From Chrysomallon squamiferum (Eukaryota; Animalia; Mollusca), in the NCBI GenBank assembly GCA_012295275.1, contig CM022675.1, forward strand, positions 682,001-746,000: a stretch of 64,000 nt of DNA, given 5' to 3'. A program made the position numbers and the translations under genes. Numbering within the stretch: position 1 is the stretch's first letter; every line of letters starts with the position of its first letter. Shown in pieces: positions 11,945 through 24,007 of the stretch. The notes under the pieces were generated by a model that was given only the letters and a program-made list of their open reading frames with translations, was not told the origin of the DNA and did not search any database.

Positions 11945-13600
11945 GACATGAATAAGCTGACACATCTGTTAATCTTCCTGAAGGTTTCTATAACAACCTC
12001 CTGAAAATCAGAGAAAAATTTTGTAATGTAAAGTTAATATCAAACAGAGAGTTATGTAATGGATTAGAGTTCGTTTTAAAATCAGAATGTTCACCACATA
12101 ACTATCGAAGTTTCAGCAAATGAATATGTTAAAGTATGACAGATTAATTATCAGGAACAAATATAGAATAATTTGTTTTATTAGAATTGTTTACATTTTG
12201 TATCACCCTGTCAATCTACAACTTTCTCTGAAACAATTTTTACAAATAATATGGTGTTAAATGACAAAATTAAATAATACTGACAATCCCATTATTTTGT
12301 TTTTGTCTTACAAACATCCATCTATTATACATCTGATATAACAGAGAATGACAAATATAAAATTAAAACAGGAATAAAATCTTTTTAATTATAAATTGGC
12401 CAAACTCACCCTTAAAATTATTCATTTTTTAATGTTTTATTCAAGAAATATTTCATTAAATGTATATTTAACAGAAATAAACATTGTGTTCTGTTCCAGA
12501 AAGATTTTTTTTAAAAACATTTTTTGAGATTTCAAATTTACAAATGAACTTCCATGATTGACGATCATGAAAACTTGTGGATCCTTTATTTTGTCAAAAT
12601 AGCTTTCCCATTCTGACTAAATACAGTAAGATAAAAATTATCCTAATTTTCAAGAGTTAAGTACACTGAACACATTTACTTATGGATGTATTCATGAATT
12701 TTCTTGGTCACACACTTGTTAATGTTTATAGGTCATCCTGTTACTCATACTTATTTTCAAGTTTGTAATATTTTTTGATTCATAAATAATTATTTGAAAA
12801 TGTAATCCAAACATTTCAGTTGGAGTTATGATTGTAACCAGTTCATAACAATCATTAAAAGAAAAGGATTTTCACCCAAAGGTCTACAATCCTAAAGAAT
12901 GTACTATGACAGATACATGCCTTGAGCTTTATTACTTTGAAAAAAAAAAATGTATTATTCTTTCTCAATTTTTTTTCGAAAAAGATCATTTATACATTAA
13001 CCTATGTATCCTAGAAAAATGTAAATAAAGTATAATGTATTTTTTCTACATTAGTTTTGTTATGATATGATGGCTAGAAAACAAAACAAAACGGTAAATA
13101 AAAATTTGACACAGATCTGAACGTGAATGTGAAAGTAAAATAAAAAAATGTAAACATAATGTTATTACTGATGTTTATTAAGCTAGTTGCTGTATTATCT
13201 GACATATTATTTATTTTGGAATTTCGTAAATATAATATTTATATATATACAATTATAAAAAAATTAATTTTTTTATTTAAATGTCAAAATACGCTTCAAA
13301 ATTGGTGATCAACATTGGTTATTTCTGCTTACATAGAGACACGTATAAGATGAAAATTATTTTCAATGAGACATGTTTTTATATTAATATGAAACAAATA
13401 AACATATCTACTTTATTTTTTATTAATTTTGTTGTTCGTTTACCATATATAAAGAATATAAAAACCAGGAAATTATTTATAAAACTTGCTAAAGCAAGCA
13501 CCTGCTGTAACGTCATTCTCCGGACTACCAGTTCATGAACGATAAAAATAGGCCGCGTATCAATTTGGACAGTATTGAGGACCCAGGAAACGTGGCTTAC

Positions 13601-13760
13601 CTTCCCCCTTTTGATAAAACATTTCTTTGATCCAATTTTAAAATATATAATTCACATTGCAAATGGCTGACACAATATGGCCGACTCTACGACAGCGTGA
13701 GAAGTATGCGATTATTTATTAACCACTGAACAAAGCCCCTCTCTATAGGAGATATGCGGC
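13601..13760 (-). promoter_or_regulatory. Probable INO80D non-coding first exon and promoter
   Basis: Strong donor GAAG|gtaagc at 13601/13600; YY1-like AAATGGCT and ATATGGCCG at ~13661-13683; shift from CpG-poor to CpG-rich sequence here. Confidence 0.5.
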
Positions 13761-14734
13761 TCACGACATTTCGTACATTACTTCGTACTCCCATATTGGA
13801 TTGCAACTGACATCATTTCGATTATCTGAGATTTTTTGGACATAAAAGAACGTAAATAATGTATTAGAATGCAATAAATGACTTTAAATAGTATATAAAG
13901 CACTGTAAATACGGACGCGGAGTTATCTCTAACATCCCTCCGCCAGAAAAATGAAATTTCTTCCCCCGCCATAGAAATATACCTTCTGACAATTATCATC
14001 ACTTACGGCCATTTTGTGAAAAGTATTCATCAAAATGGAATACAATTATTAAGATTTTACAACCCATTGTGTATTAGATCAATAAATAAGTAGTTGCTGT
14101 AACTGCAAGTAGTGCCGGTGAAAGCCAACCAGCCCTTGAGCTAGAGGCCGAAGACCCCACTATACAGTACACGCTATGATCTAGTCTATTTTTAGTAACA
14201 TGGCCATCATTTGACAGGCTTCAAAAAACGTTTATTTTCAATATATCGCAGGATTCAAATAACTCCAGAACTTTTTTGCTATATACTTTAGATGTCATAG
14301 ATTAGCACCATGCCTTAAATTCAGAAATTTAATTATGAACAACATTTTTTTCATTCAATTGAAATTACTGAAACTAGGACAAAAGTACATTTTGAAACAA
14401 TCCATGCACAACTTGCAACCAAGCGATTCCATTGGATGACCTATAACGGGACATAGCATCTAAGCATTATTATTGGTAGAATATCGTGGGATATTTGGCG
14501 GGCAAATAATGTCAATATAATGTTTGTTAACCTACATGGAATTATTTTGTTATTATGCATAGTATTAATGGAACAAAAAACATACCAGTAGAGCATTTTT
14601 CGTAAATTCTTAAGATAAAAAAAGAAAAAAAAAAAAAGAAAATAGATATACATTATGCAAACGATTACTTATTATTGTTGTTTTTGTATATTGTTTTTAT
14701 TATTTAAATTATTTCAACTTATTATTATTATCAT

Positions 14735-14774
<40 letters not shown>

Positions 14775-16912
14775 AGATTAAAAAAAAAAAAAAGTTATTT
14801 TAAATATGTCAGAATCAGTTATAACAGCCATGGAAAATACTGCTTGTAGAAAGTTTGTGAGAGAGATCGACTTTCGTTCAATCGGAAATGTAAGTTATTT
14901 CTCGCTATACCGTCGTAAAATAGTAATCAGCTGGTCAGCCGAAATCGATGGAAGCTTGACTATCAGATCAATTACGCATGCGTTTTACTAGTTACAACTT
15001 AACATTCCCCGTTCCCATTAGAGTCACAAAATTTTCATCTTGTTCGATTATACCGTTCTATAACTGTATACATATGCTGTTTTTGTATTGCTTCATTCTG
15101 AATTATGACCGCACGTGCTGCTTGTAGTAAGGGCATTAGCACCTTCGTGTCAAGTGTACTTTATTCTGTAGTGACCTAACGCTGACCTAGAAAGACTGAA
15201 TAATTAATTTGTATTACATTCCAGAATCAGTAGTATACTTATATATTTAGTTTGTTAGTTCCCAGATTGATTTATTTATTTGCTGTTGTTGTTGTTGTTG
15301 TTGATGTTGTTATTGTTGTTGCTGTTGTTGTTGCTGTTGTTTTGTTGATGTTATTTTTACCATTATTATTATTATATGATAATGATTGTTGGCTGGCTGA
15401 GAAAGACGAGACTATTTTAGTTTATCAACGGTATTTATTATGTTAGATATGGAGCAATCGTTTGAACACGAACAAACTCATTGAACGATGGTGATAGATG
15501 ATATTACAGGATGTTAGCTGGAAAAAGGGAACCTGTCATTAGGTAAAACAAGCATTCTTTGATTGGAGCACAAATTCGAGGCCTTTTTCCTGATCTAACT
15601 GCTACCTAACATGCATGGTAAGGTTACATAATAATTGTTAATATTAAAATGGACCAAACAAAACAATAGCAAAAATAATAAATAAATAAATTATAATTAT
15701 AATAATGTATAAATTCTGTTTTTATTCATTCTTTCAGGAACGAGGCAGCAGTTTTCCATACGCCAACACTTTTCTGTCGTCTGTGTTATTTCATTCACTT
15801 GTGTAGTAAGAAAACGTTAAGAAGACAGAGATTAAAATAAGAAAAAAAGGAAGATTCCAAGAGGTATGCTCAAACGTATGTTGGACACTTTCTTAACCTG
15901 TACTGCACAGGGGTTACATTGCTGACTGATATTTGATACCAGTTTATTTATATCACTGAATATCACATCGCTATACGGCTATAAATAAACTACATCGTAA
16001 ATACAGACGCAGGGAATAATAATTTCAGATGTTCTAAATATCACTTTAATGTACAAATGCTAACAGACGTGGTCAACTTCATTTTATAGTCGCAGACACT
16101 GACACTGACATTCGTTGAAAAAGTGAATGAACTGTCGTCTGCGCGCATTTTTTTTTTTTTTTTTTTTTGTCTCAGAACTGATAGACGGAGTTTAACGTGA
16201 CCTGAATTTTCAGTCTTTGTTGACGCCTTGGATTTCATTATGATATTGAATACTGTACAGAGAATTCGCATCTATGCGCACGCATACAACTGACCTCCAT
16301 TTGTGACGTCACTCGCTGGTTTTAAAGACAGAAAGTAGGTCGATGTCATTGTTTTTAGGACTGGTTTTGAACCAGTTCTTTGAAAGCAGCAATAACAGTT
16401 GCGTTTATATTTCTAAATTTTGTAATATAAAAATATAAAAAGGAAAATGTTTATTTGGAATACAGCATATGAAAGTATAGTCAAGCCAAACATAAGCCAT
16501 TGTTATAATTAATACTGCATACATCAGTATACATACCATAAAGAAACAAACAAATATATATATTTTTTTAAACTGAGGCTACATTTTTTTTTATGAAGGA
16601 AAATATTTATTTTATTTTATTTTATTTTATTTTTTAAATTATTTTAATTAAATAATGATAATTGGAGATAAGAACGACTGTTAGTTTGACCAGTGTATTC
16701 GTAAAGGATCACGCTCTCACGCAATGCTACTATGATGTAACGCTTTTTATAAATAAAATATCTATCTGCCTATCTATCTATTAATCTTCCTTTGTTTCTA
16801 TTTCAGCCCTGAATAGCATTATACGCTGATTATGTTTTCTTTGCCAGTGTTCAGCAGCGGGTAGCAATTCGTACGGAGTACTGGTACCTTAAATACTCAG
16901 CTTATAATATCG

Positions 16913-16957
<45 letters not shown>

Positions 16958-17635
16958 TTATAATATTACCAGCAACAGACTGATGGCTATATTTATCAGC
17001 CAATGAAAATCACTTTTTGTGTGTAATTTCGCGCGGTTTTTGGTTGATCATAGTCACCACGTTTTCGAAATGAATGATTCCGATTCTGTCCGTGACTACG
17101 ATGGCCCATAAAATTCAATATTTTTTATTATTATTATTATTATTTTAATATATATATATGGAACTTTAACATCGTTGATCACCATTAAAATGGCCAACAA
17201 AAGAATCCCAGTCTGTTATAAATGGGAGCCAACTAAAGAACTGTTATAAAAAAAAGTAAAAAGTGCCACTACGAATTACATTTGATCATCTAAGTTAGTA
17301 TTTTAAAACTGATCTTTTCTTTCCTTATTCTAACAGTATGGTTAAAAAAAAAAGATTCCAGAAATTTCCACGTTTCAGCTTAAACACACGTTTTTCCGTC
17401 CCGTATCCTACCCAACTTTTATATTTCTCAGTACAAGAACTGCCACAGGCTGACAGCTCCATACCAGGACAACACATACCATAGTTTTATATATATATAT
17501 AGTATTGCTTTAGGATAGGCAGGGCCGTCTAAAGGCATGAAACAGTGGGTAGGAACCCAGAGTCACGTGATCCGGGGGCCCAAGCAAATCATGTTTGCTG
17601 TGGCTTGGCGTTGGTAAATTGTTCGTGTTTATATA

Positions 17636-17675
<40 letters not shown>

Positions 17676-17981
17676 GGGACCCAGTGTATGACTTTGCCCG
17701 GAGTGGGGGGAGGTCCTGTAATGGTGTAAGGTATAATGTTAAACGTTTAGTATAAGTATATAATTTTGCAAATGACACATTATAATTTTCTCTTGATTAG
17801 TGAATCAGTTTCCCGGAGTGAGTCTCCGAGATGTACAATTGGGTCTTTAAAAATCTCGTTGATATAATTTCATTCAGCAACAGCCTGTTCTTCAATCAAC
17901 ATGTTTTTATTCAATGAAAATGTAGATGTTATCTCACTCGCAGTAAATACAATGAAAATGTAAGATAAATGTAATGTGTAC

Positions 17982-18065
17982 GGCTCACTAGCTCAGTTGG
18001 TTAGAGTGTAAAAGAGTGTCGCGCTTTTAACTCGAATGTCGTGGGTTCGATCCCCACATAGGCCA
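17982..18065 (+). pseudogene. tRNA-Ile-derived pseudogene with 10-nt insertion and CT-TTT-AA anticodon loop
   Basis: Same D loop and T arm as the intact copies; AGAGTGT duplicated; acceptor and anticodon stems mismatched. Confidence 0.85.
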
Positions 18066-18316
18066 ACATAATTTTTTATATTTTTTTTTATTGTTACTTA
18101 TTGATTTGCTATTTTATTAATATTTTTTATTATTATTATTTTTTTAATAATTAATTTTATAACAGTATATTATAAACTGCTTTTGTCACTTAATTAACGA
18201 TATTTAAAAAAAATCAGTTTCAGCTTTGTCTATTAATGCAAACTCATTTTAGCTTTAAAATGGAAATAAAAGAAAGTCTCTTTGTTTTTGTTTTTAGACA
18301 GATCTATGATATCTAA

Positions 18317-18351
18317 GGCCTGTTAAAGCGTCGAGCTAATAACACGGACCA
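18317..18351 (+). pseudogene. tRNA-Ile remnant lacking D arm and T arm
   Basis: GGCCTGTTA-AAGCGTCGAGCTAATAACACG-GACCA in the same flanking context as the intact copies at 19425 and 22180. Confidence 0.75.
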
Positions 18352-19098
18352 GTTTTAAATAAATGTTATGTAAATATATCAAAACAACGTTTACAAAGTT
18401 ATATTTTCAGTCTTTGGTAGTGATTATTATATAAGCTGAAAAGCTTACCTTCGATTCACAAAACATTTTTTTATCTTTTTTTTCAATCTTCCCTTAGATA
18501 TAAGAAGATTAGTAATAAAACAATTAAGTTTTTGTTTAGTTAGCATTTTTGATTTTAACAGCCCGTGTTCTGTTTTCTAATACACAGGCATTCGAATTAA
18601 AGTTTTGATTTGTAGTTTTGTTATAGTTTTGTTTTCAATTTATTAATTATTCATTCAGTTTAAAAAGTTTGAATCTGCTACATAAATAAGATTTTTGTCC
18701 TAAGCTTGTGTTTTAAATCTAGCTACAGAACACATTTTAAGAGTGTCGTTTTATTTCAGACGTCACGTGACACCTATTTCTTTTAGTTGACGTCTGCAAC
18801 TCAGGTTTGATAGTATTCCCGGTTATCATTTTAGCCTTACTACAAACGAAAGAAAATTGTACTTTTGAGGGATTATTATAATGGTCATATACTAGAGGAA
18901 ACAGGCAGACCTACATTTATGGGTCCCTTCGCAAGCAGCATCGAATTCTGGGTAACAATGTTTATCTTCTTCTATGGCAATGTTCCAAGAAAGGTTTCAT
19001 AAATTTAGACACATTTCAGATTTTGTTAAAATTTTTGAAGAAATAGTTGCTTGTAACTAACAGTGACACTGAAAAAGTAAACAACAAATAACAGCTAA

Positions 19099-19124
19099 GG
19101 CCTGATCGATCCCTACAGAGGCCA
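19099..19124 (+). pseudogene. Collapsed tRNA-Ile remnant (5' acceptor fused to T-loop and 3' end)
   Basis: GGCCTG-ATCGATCCCTACAGAGGCCA in slot-1 position, 326 nt before the intact gene. Confidence 0.65.
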
Positions 19125-19424
19125 AAGCAATTTTATTTATTTATTTATTTATTTTGTTTTATTTTATTTTATTTTATATTATTTTATTTTATATTATTTT
19201 ATTTTATATTATTTTATTTATTAATAGTAGAAATAGTATTTGTATTATTTAAATTAATTAATTTTGAAATATAATTTTGTCTGTTAATTAACGATGTCCG
19301 TCATTCATGATTGTTTTTGCTCTAATAAAACAAACTCGTTACAATATTTCCCTAACTTTGCATTAAAAATCAGACAAAAGAAAATGTTTTTGTTTTTGTT
19401 TTGAGACAGACCGGTGATTCCTAA

Positions 19425-19498
19425 GGCCTGTTAGCTCAGTTGGTTAGAGCGTCGTGCTAATAACGCGAATGTCGTGGGTTCGACCCCCACATAGGCCA
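19425..19498 (+). tRNA. tRNA-Ile (AAT)
   Basis: 74-nt cloverleaf: GGCCTGT/ATAGGCC acceptor, TCGTG-CT AAT AA-CGCGA anticodon arm, GGTTCGA B box, downstream T run. Confidence 0.97.
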
Positions 19499-20327
19499 GC
19501 CATTATTTTATTATGTAAATATATCAAATCACCTTTTACTAATTTATATTTTTACTTCGTCTTTTCTAGTGAATATTGTAAAACCTGATAAAACTTACTC
19601 TCATTTCAGTAAACTTTCTTCTTATCATCGAAGCTACGTTAGATATAAAATAACTTTTGAAATAATTGCAAAAACGTTTTTTGTTTTAGGCAGAAGTTTT
19701 GGTTTTAACAGTCTGTGTAGCATTTTGAATTACGCGAGCGCTGGAATTAAACTTTTCAGTTATTAATTTTAATTTAATTTTCTTCTAAGTTCAATACTTC
19801 TTCAGTCAGTTTAATGTTGGAAATCTAAAAGTTTGATGCTGTTAAATAAATAAGATTTTTGTCTCTTAGGTGTCGATTTAAAAATTATTCAGGTGTTTGA
19901 CATCTGTTCATAAAAGAAACTGATTATCCTAAGCTTGTGTTTTAAATCTAGCTACAGAACACATTTTATGACTGTCGTTTTATTTCAGACGTCACGTGAC
20001 ACCTATTTCTTTTAGTTGACGTCTACAACTCAGGTTTGATAGTATTCCCGGTTATCATTTTAGCCTTACTACAAACGAAAGAAAATTATACTTTTGAGGG
20101 ATTATTATAATGGTCATATACTAGAGGAAACAGGCAGACCTACATTTATGGGTCCCTTCGCAAGCAGCATCGAATTCTGGGTAACAATGTTTATCTTCTT
20201 CTATGGCAATGTTCCAAGAAAGGTTTCATAAATTTAGACACATTTCAGATTTTGATAAAAATTTTGAAAAAATAGTTGCTTGTAACTAACAGTGACACTG
20301 AAAAAGTAAACAACAAATAACAGCTAA

Positions 20328-20353
20328 GGCCTGATCGATCCCTACAGAGGCGA
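20328..20353 (+). pseudogene. Collapsed tRNA-Ile remnant (duplicate of 19099)
   Basis: GGCCTGATCGATCCCTACAGAGGCGA. Confidence 0.62.
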
Positions 20354-20636
20354 AAGCAATTTTATTTATTTATTTTATTTTATTTTATTTTATTTTATTT
20401 TATTTTATTTTATTTTATTTTATTTTATTTTATTTATAGTAGAAATAGTATTTGTATTATTTAAATTAATTAATTTTGAAATATAATTTTGTCTGTTAAT
20501 TAACGATGTCCGTCATTCATGATTGTTTTTGCTCTAATAAAACAAACTCGTTACAATATTTCCCTAACTTGGCTTTAAAAATCAGACAAAAGAAAATATT
20601 TTTGTTTTTGTTTTGAGACAGACCGGTGATTCCTAA

Positions 20637-20710
20637 GGCCTGTTAGCTCAGTTGGTTAGAGCGTCGTGCTAATAACGCGAATGTCGTGGGTTCGACCCCC
20701 ACATAGGCCA
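20637..20710 (+). tRNA. tRNA-Ile (AAT)
   Basis: Identical to 19425-19498. Confidence 0.97.
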
Positions 20711-21439
20711 ACCATTATTTTATTATGTAAATATATCAAATCAACTTTTACTAACTTTCATTTTTACTTCGTCTTTTCTAGTGAATATTGTAAAACCTGA
20801 TAAAACTTACTCTCATTTCAGTAAACTTTCTTCTTATCATCGAAGCTACGTTAGATATAAAATAACTATTGCAAGTAAGTTGTTATGTTTTAGTCAGGAG
20901 TTTTGATTTTAAGAGTCTATTAGCATTTTATAATAGACGCGCATTGGAATTAAAGATTTCAGTTTTTAATTTTATTTTAATTTTCTACTAAGTTCAAAAC
21001 TCCTTCATTCACTTTTATGTTGGAAAACAAGATTTTTGTCACTTAGCTGTCGATGAAAAATTATTGAGTGTTTTGACATCTGTTCATAAAAGAAACTGAT
21101 TAAACCAAGCTTGTGTTTTAAATCTATCTACAGAACAAATCTGAAGAATGTCTTTCCAGTCGTCACGTGACACATATTTCGTTTAGTTGACGTCTGCACT
21201 TCATATGTGCACATAGCCTTATGTGAAAAGTACGTACTGATTGATTATTAATTTTCTGATTTCTTTGTTATCTAGAAAAAATACGAACAGTTAGTCACAG
21301 ATCACTGTCATCGATTTTCATTAAAAAAAAAAGAATTACAATTAGGAATTCATATAACATAGATTTGAATAAAACAGTGTCAACACTAAAAATATTAATG
21401 TAATATCAGCCATTCCTAGCGAATACACCAAATGTGCTT

Positions 21440-21493
<54 letters not shown>

Positions 21494-21829
21494 ATTATTA
21501 TTATTAATTTTCTTTAATTTCAATTATACAAAGATAATAAGAGCTTTTACATTGCTTAGTGTCGTCGGTAAAGGGTATGTGATCTGTTACATGACATGAC
21601 AGCACCTACCATTGCCTTTTAACATTATAACATCGTTGCTGGATACACCTAATATCATAACACTTTATGACTTGAAATGTCTTTATAGAGAACAGTCTCC
21701 CGGAGTATGACTCCAAGAATTGCATTCAGTAACGGCCTGTTCTTTAATCAACGTAGTTTTATTCGATGAAAATGTTATCTCTGCACAGAGCAAATACAAT
21801 GAAATCTTAAGAAACAGGTTTGCTCGTAA

Positions 21830-21903
21830 GGCCTGTTAGCTCAGTTGGTTAGAGCGTCGTGCTAATAACGCGAATGTCGTGGGTTCGATCCCCACATGGG
21901 CCA
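21830..21903 (+). tRNA. tRNA-Ile (AAT)
   Basis: Full cloverleaf; variants TTCGATC and 3' ATGGGCCA. Confidence 0.96.
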
Positions 21904-22179
21904 ACATGACTTTTCTTTTTATTATTACTGAATGATTTGTTATTTTATTTATTGTTTTTCATTATTTAAATTAATCAATTTTGAAGAAATAAATTGACAC
22001 CAACAACAACAACAAGAAAACATTTTTGTTATTTAATTAACGTGGCTTAAATTAATTAGTGTTTTAGTTCAGTCTAACAAAACAAAGTCATTATACCCAC
22101 TGGGCAAATTTGGCTTTTAAATCTGGCTACAAAAGAAAGTTTATTTGTTTTTGTTTTCAGACAGACGTACGATGTCTAA

Positions 22180-22253
22180 GGCCTGTTAGCTCAGTTGGTT
22201 AGAGCGTCGTGCTAATAACGCGAATGTCGTGGGTTCGACCCCCACATGGGCCA
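22180..22253 (+). tRNA. tRNA-Ile (AAT)
   Basis: Full cloverleaf; 3' ATGGGCCA. Confidence 0.96.
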
Positions 22254-22827
22254 GCATGTGTTTTAAACCAGTATTAAGCAAAAACGTCGAAACTAACTCA
22301 TGTTTTCTTTTTGATTTTATAGTGAATATTGTAAAAGCTGAAAAGCTTACCTTCAGTTCAGAAAATGTTGTTCTTGTCATTTCAAGCTGCATGAGGTATA
22401 AGAGAAGTTTTGTAATAGTTATAAGTGAGACGACTTTAATTTTTTTTTTTTTATTTTTGTATAACTACCCGACAAAATGGCTTTTACATCTGGCTACAGA
22501 ACAAAGTCTATGTGTTTGTGTTTTTAGACAGCTCTATGTTGTTTTTTTTTTTTTCATTATTTATTTATTTATTTTATGTAATGATGAAAACTGAACAGTT
22601 TAAATCTATTTTTAGTATTTTTTAAATAACCTCAGGACCTAAATGGCTGCGCTCTTTCTTTATAGGCTAATATTTCATTTTTTTAACATTTTTAATATTT
22701 GTTCACACTCCGTAGTGGTATGTATTTATAACATCGAATATTTGTAATAGTTCCCTACTTACGGCCTCTGTCATTTACATCCATACGTACTGTTGCTGCT
22801 ACAACAACAACAACAACAACAACAACA

Positions 22828-22867
<40 letters not shown>

Positions 22868-23091
22868 TCTAGAATAGTAAAAGACAGTTTAAAAGTATGT
22901 TTCACTTCCTTACTGTATAACTTTTTGATGTCTGTAAAACAAAGTAATAACTGCATAGAAAATTCTGAGTAAAATTTCGTAAACAAAGGAACGTTAGAAA
23001 ATTCCGAGTAACGAACATACGCGTGCATTTCATGTCAGAGTGAAAAGCACTTACATGTCGAGCATCGAAATCTTTTTGCAATGATACGTGG

Positions 23092-23117
23092 CCTAACCCT
23101 AACCCTAACCCTAGCCC
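23092..23117. repeat. Short telomere-like (CCCTAA)n tract
   Basis: CCTAACCCTAACCCTAACCCTAGCCC just past the 3' end of the minus-strand tRNA. Confidence 0.6.
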
Positions 23118-23133
23118 ATTCAAAATTAAATGC

Positions 23134-23207
23134 TGGCCTATGTGGGGGTCGAACCCACGACATTCGCGTTATTAGCACGACGCTCTAACCAACTGAGCTA
23201 ACAGGCC
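23134..23207 (-). tRNA. tRNA-Ile (AAT), inverted copy with unrelated flanks
   Basis: Reverse complement identical to 19425-19498. Confidence 0.97.
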
Positions 23208-23532
23208 TGACGATATCACTGTTGCTGCTGCTATTATTATTATTGTTATTGTTTTATTTTTATTAGTAGTAGTAGTAGTAGTAGCAGTAGTAGTAGCAGT
23301 AGCAGTAGTACTAGTAATAGTAGTAGTAGTAGTAGTTGTTGTTGTGGTTTTATTATTAGTAATAGTAGCTTTGATATTAAACTATCTATCTTTATGAAGT
23401 ATTGTCCGAAAGCGTTATATAATTAACAAAATAAATAAATAAATAAATAAATCTAGTCCGAAATTTTGTTAATTTTTACGAACAGCTAGCATTGAATTAC
23501 TTATTTCTTTCTCGTTAATAGTTCGAATTTAT

Positions 23533-23590
<58 letters not shown>

Positions 23591-23849
23591 TGCTTTCTTT
23601 GCTAATAAATATTTCTATTATATTTTTTGTTTGTTTATAATTATATATTCATGGCAATTCATGTCAGGAAACTTTGTTATCTAGAACTGTTAATTAAAAA
23701 TCAGAAAACTTTCTCCAGTTGTTTTTAATAATAATATACAAGATTAATTCATTAATATATAAATAAACAAAATTTCCTTATTTTTGTACACACACAAAAA
23801 AAAAATTGTATCAGAAAGAGAAAGGTTTCGGTTTTGATATATCTTATAA

Positions 23850-24007
23850 AAGGGTATTAAAACAGAGTTATCTTCCTTGTATTGGTGGCGCTTTGGACTG
23901 TGTCAGGTATAAATGAATTGTTGACGGAAACCAGACATAATCGGCTTATCTTAGAGGCGTATTCAGCAGAAGAAGTTACTTTAACTACAGTAATCTATTT
24001 TTACTAG
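23850..24007 (+). promoter_or_regulatory. Candidate WDR37 non-coding first exon
   Basis: Donor CTAG|gtaagg at 24007/24008; CpG depletion starts ~0.4 kb downstream and runs through the gene; 5' end not determinable. Confidence 0.4.

Larger units (their letters stand above)
18699..21200. repeat. ~1.2-kb tandem duplication (2 full units plus a partial third) carrying tRNA genes
   Basis: CCTAAGCTTGTGTTTTAAATCTAGCTACAGAAC at 18699 and 19928, variant at ~21106; long near-identical tracts between units. Confidence 0.92.

Noticed and set aside
17519-17730. Possible hAT-type MITE starting CAGGGCCGTC around a (GT)n tract
   Set aside because: No matching second terminal repeat or target duplication found
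22186-22594. ORFs overlapping the tRNA at 22180
   Set aside because: Incidental frames across a tRNA gene and AT-rich spacer
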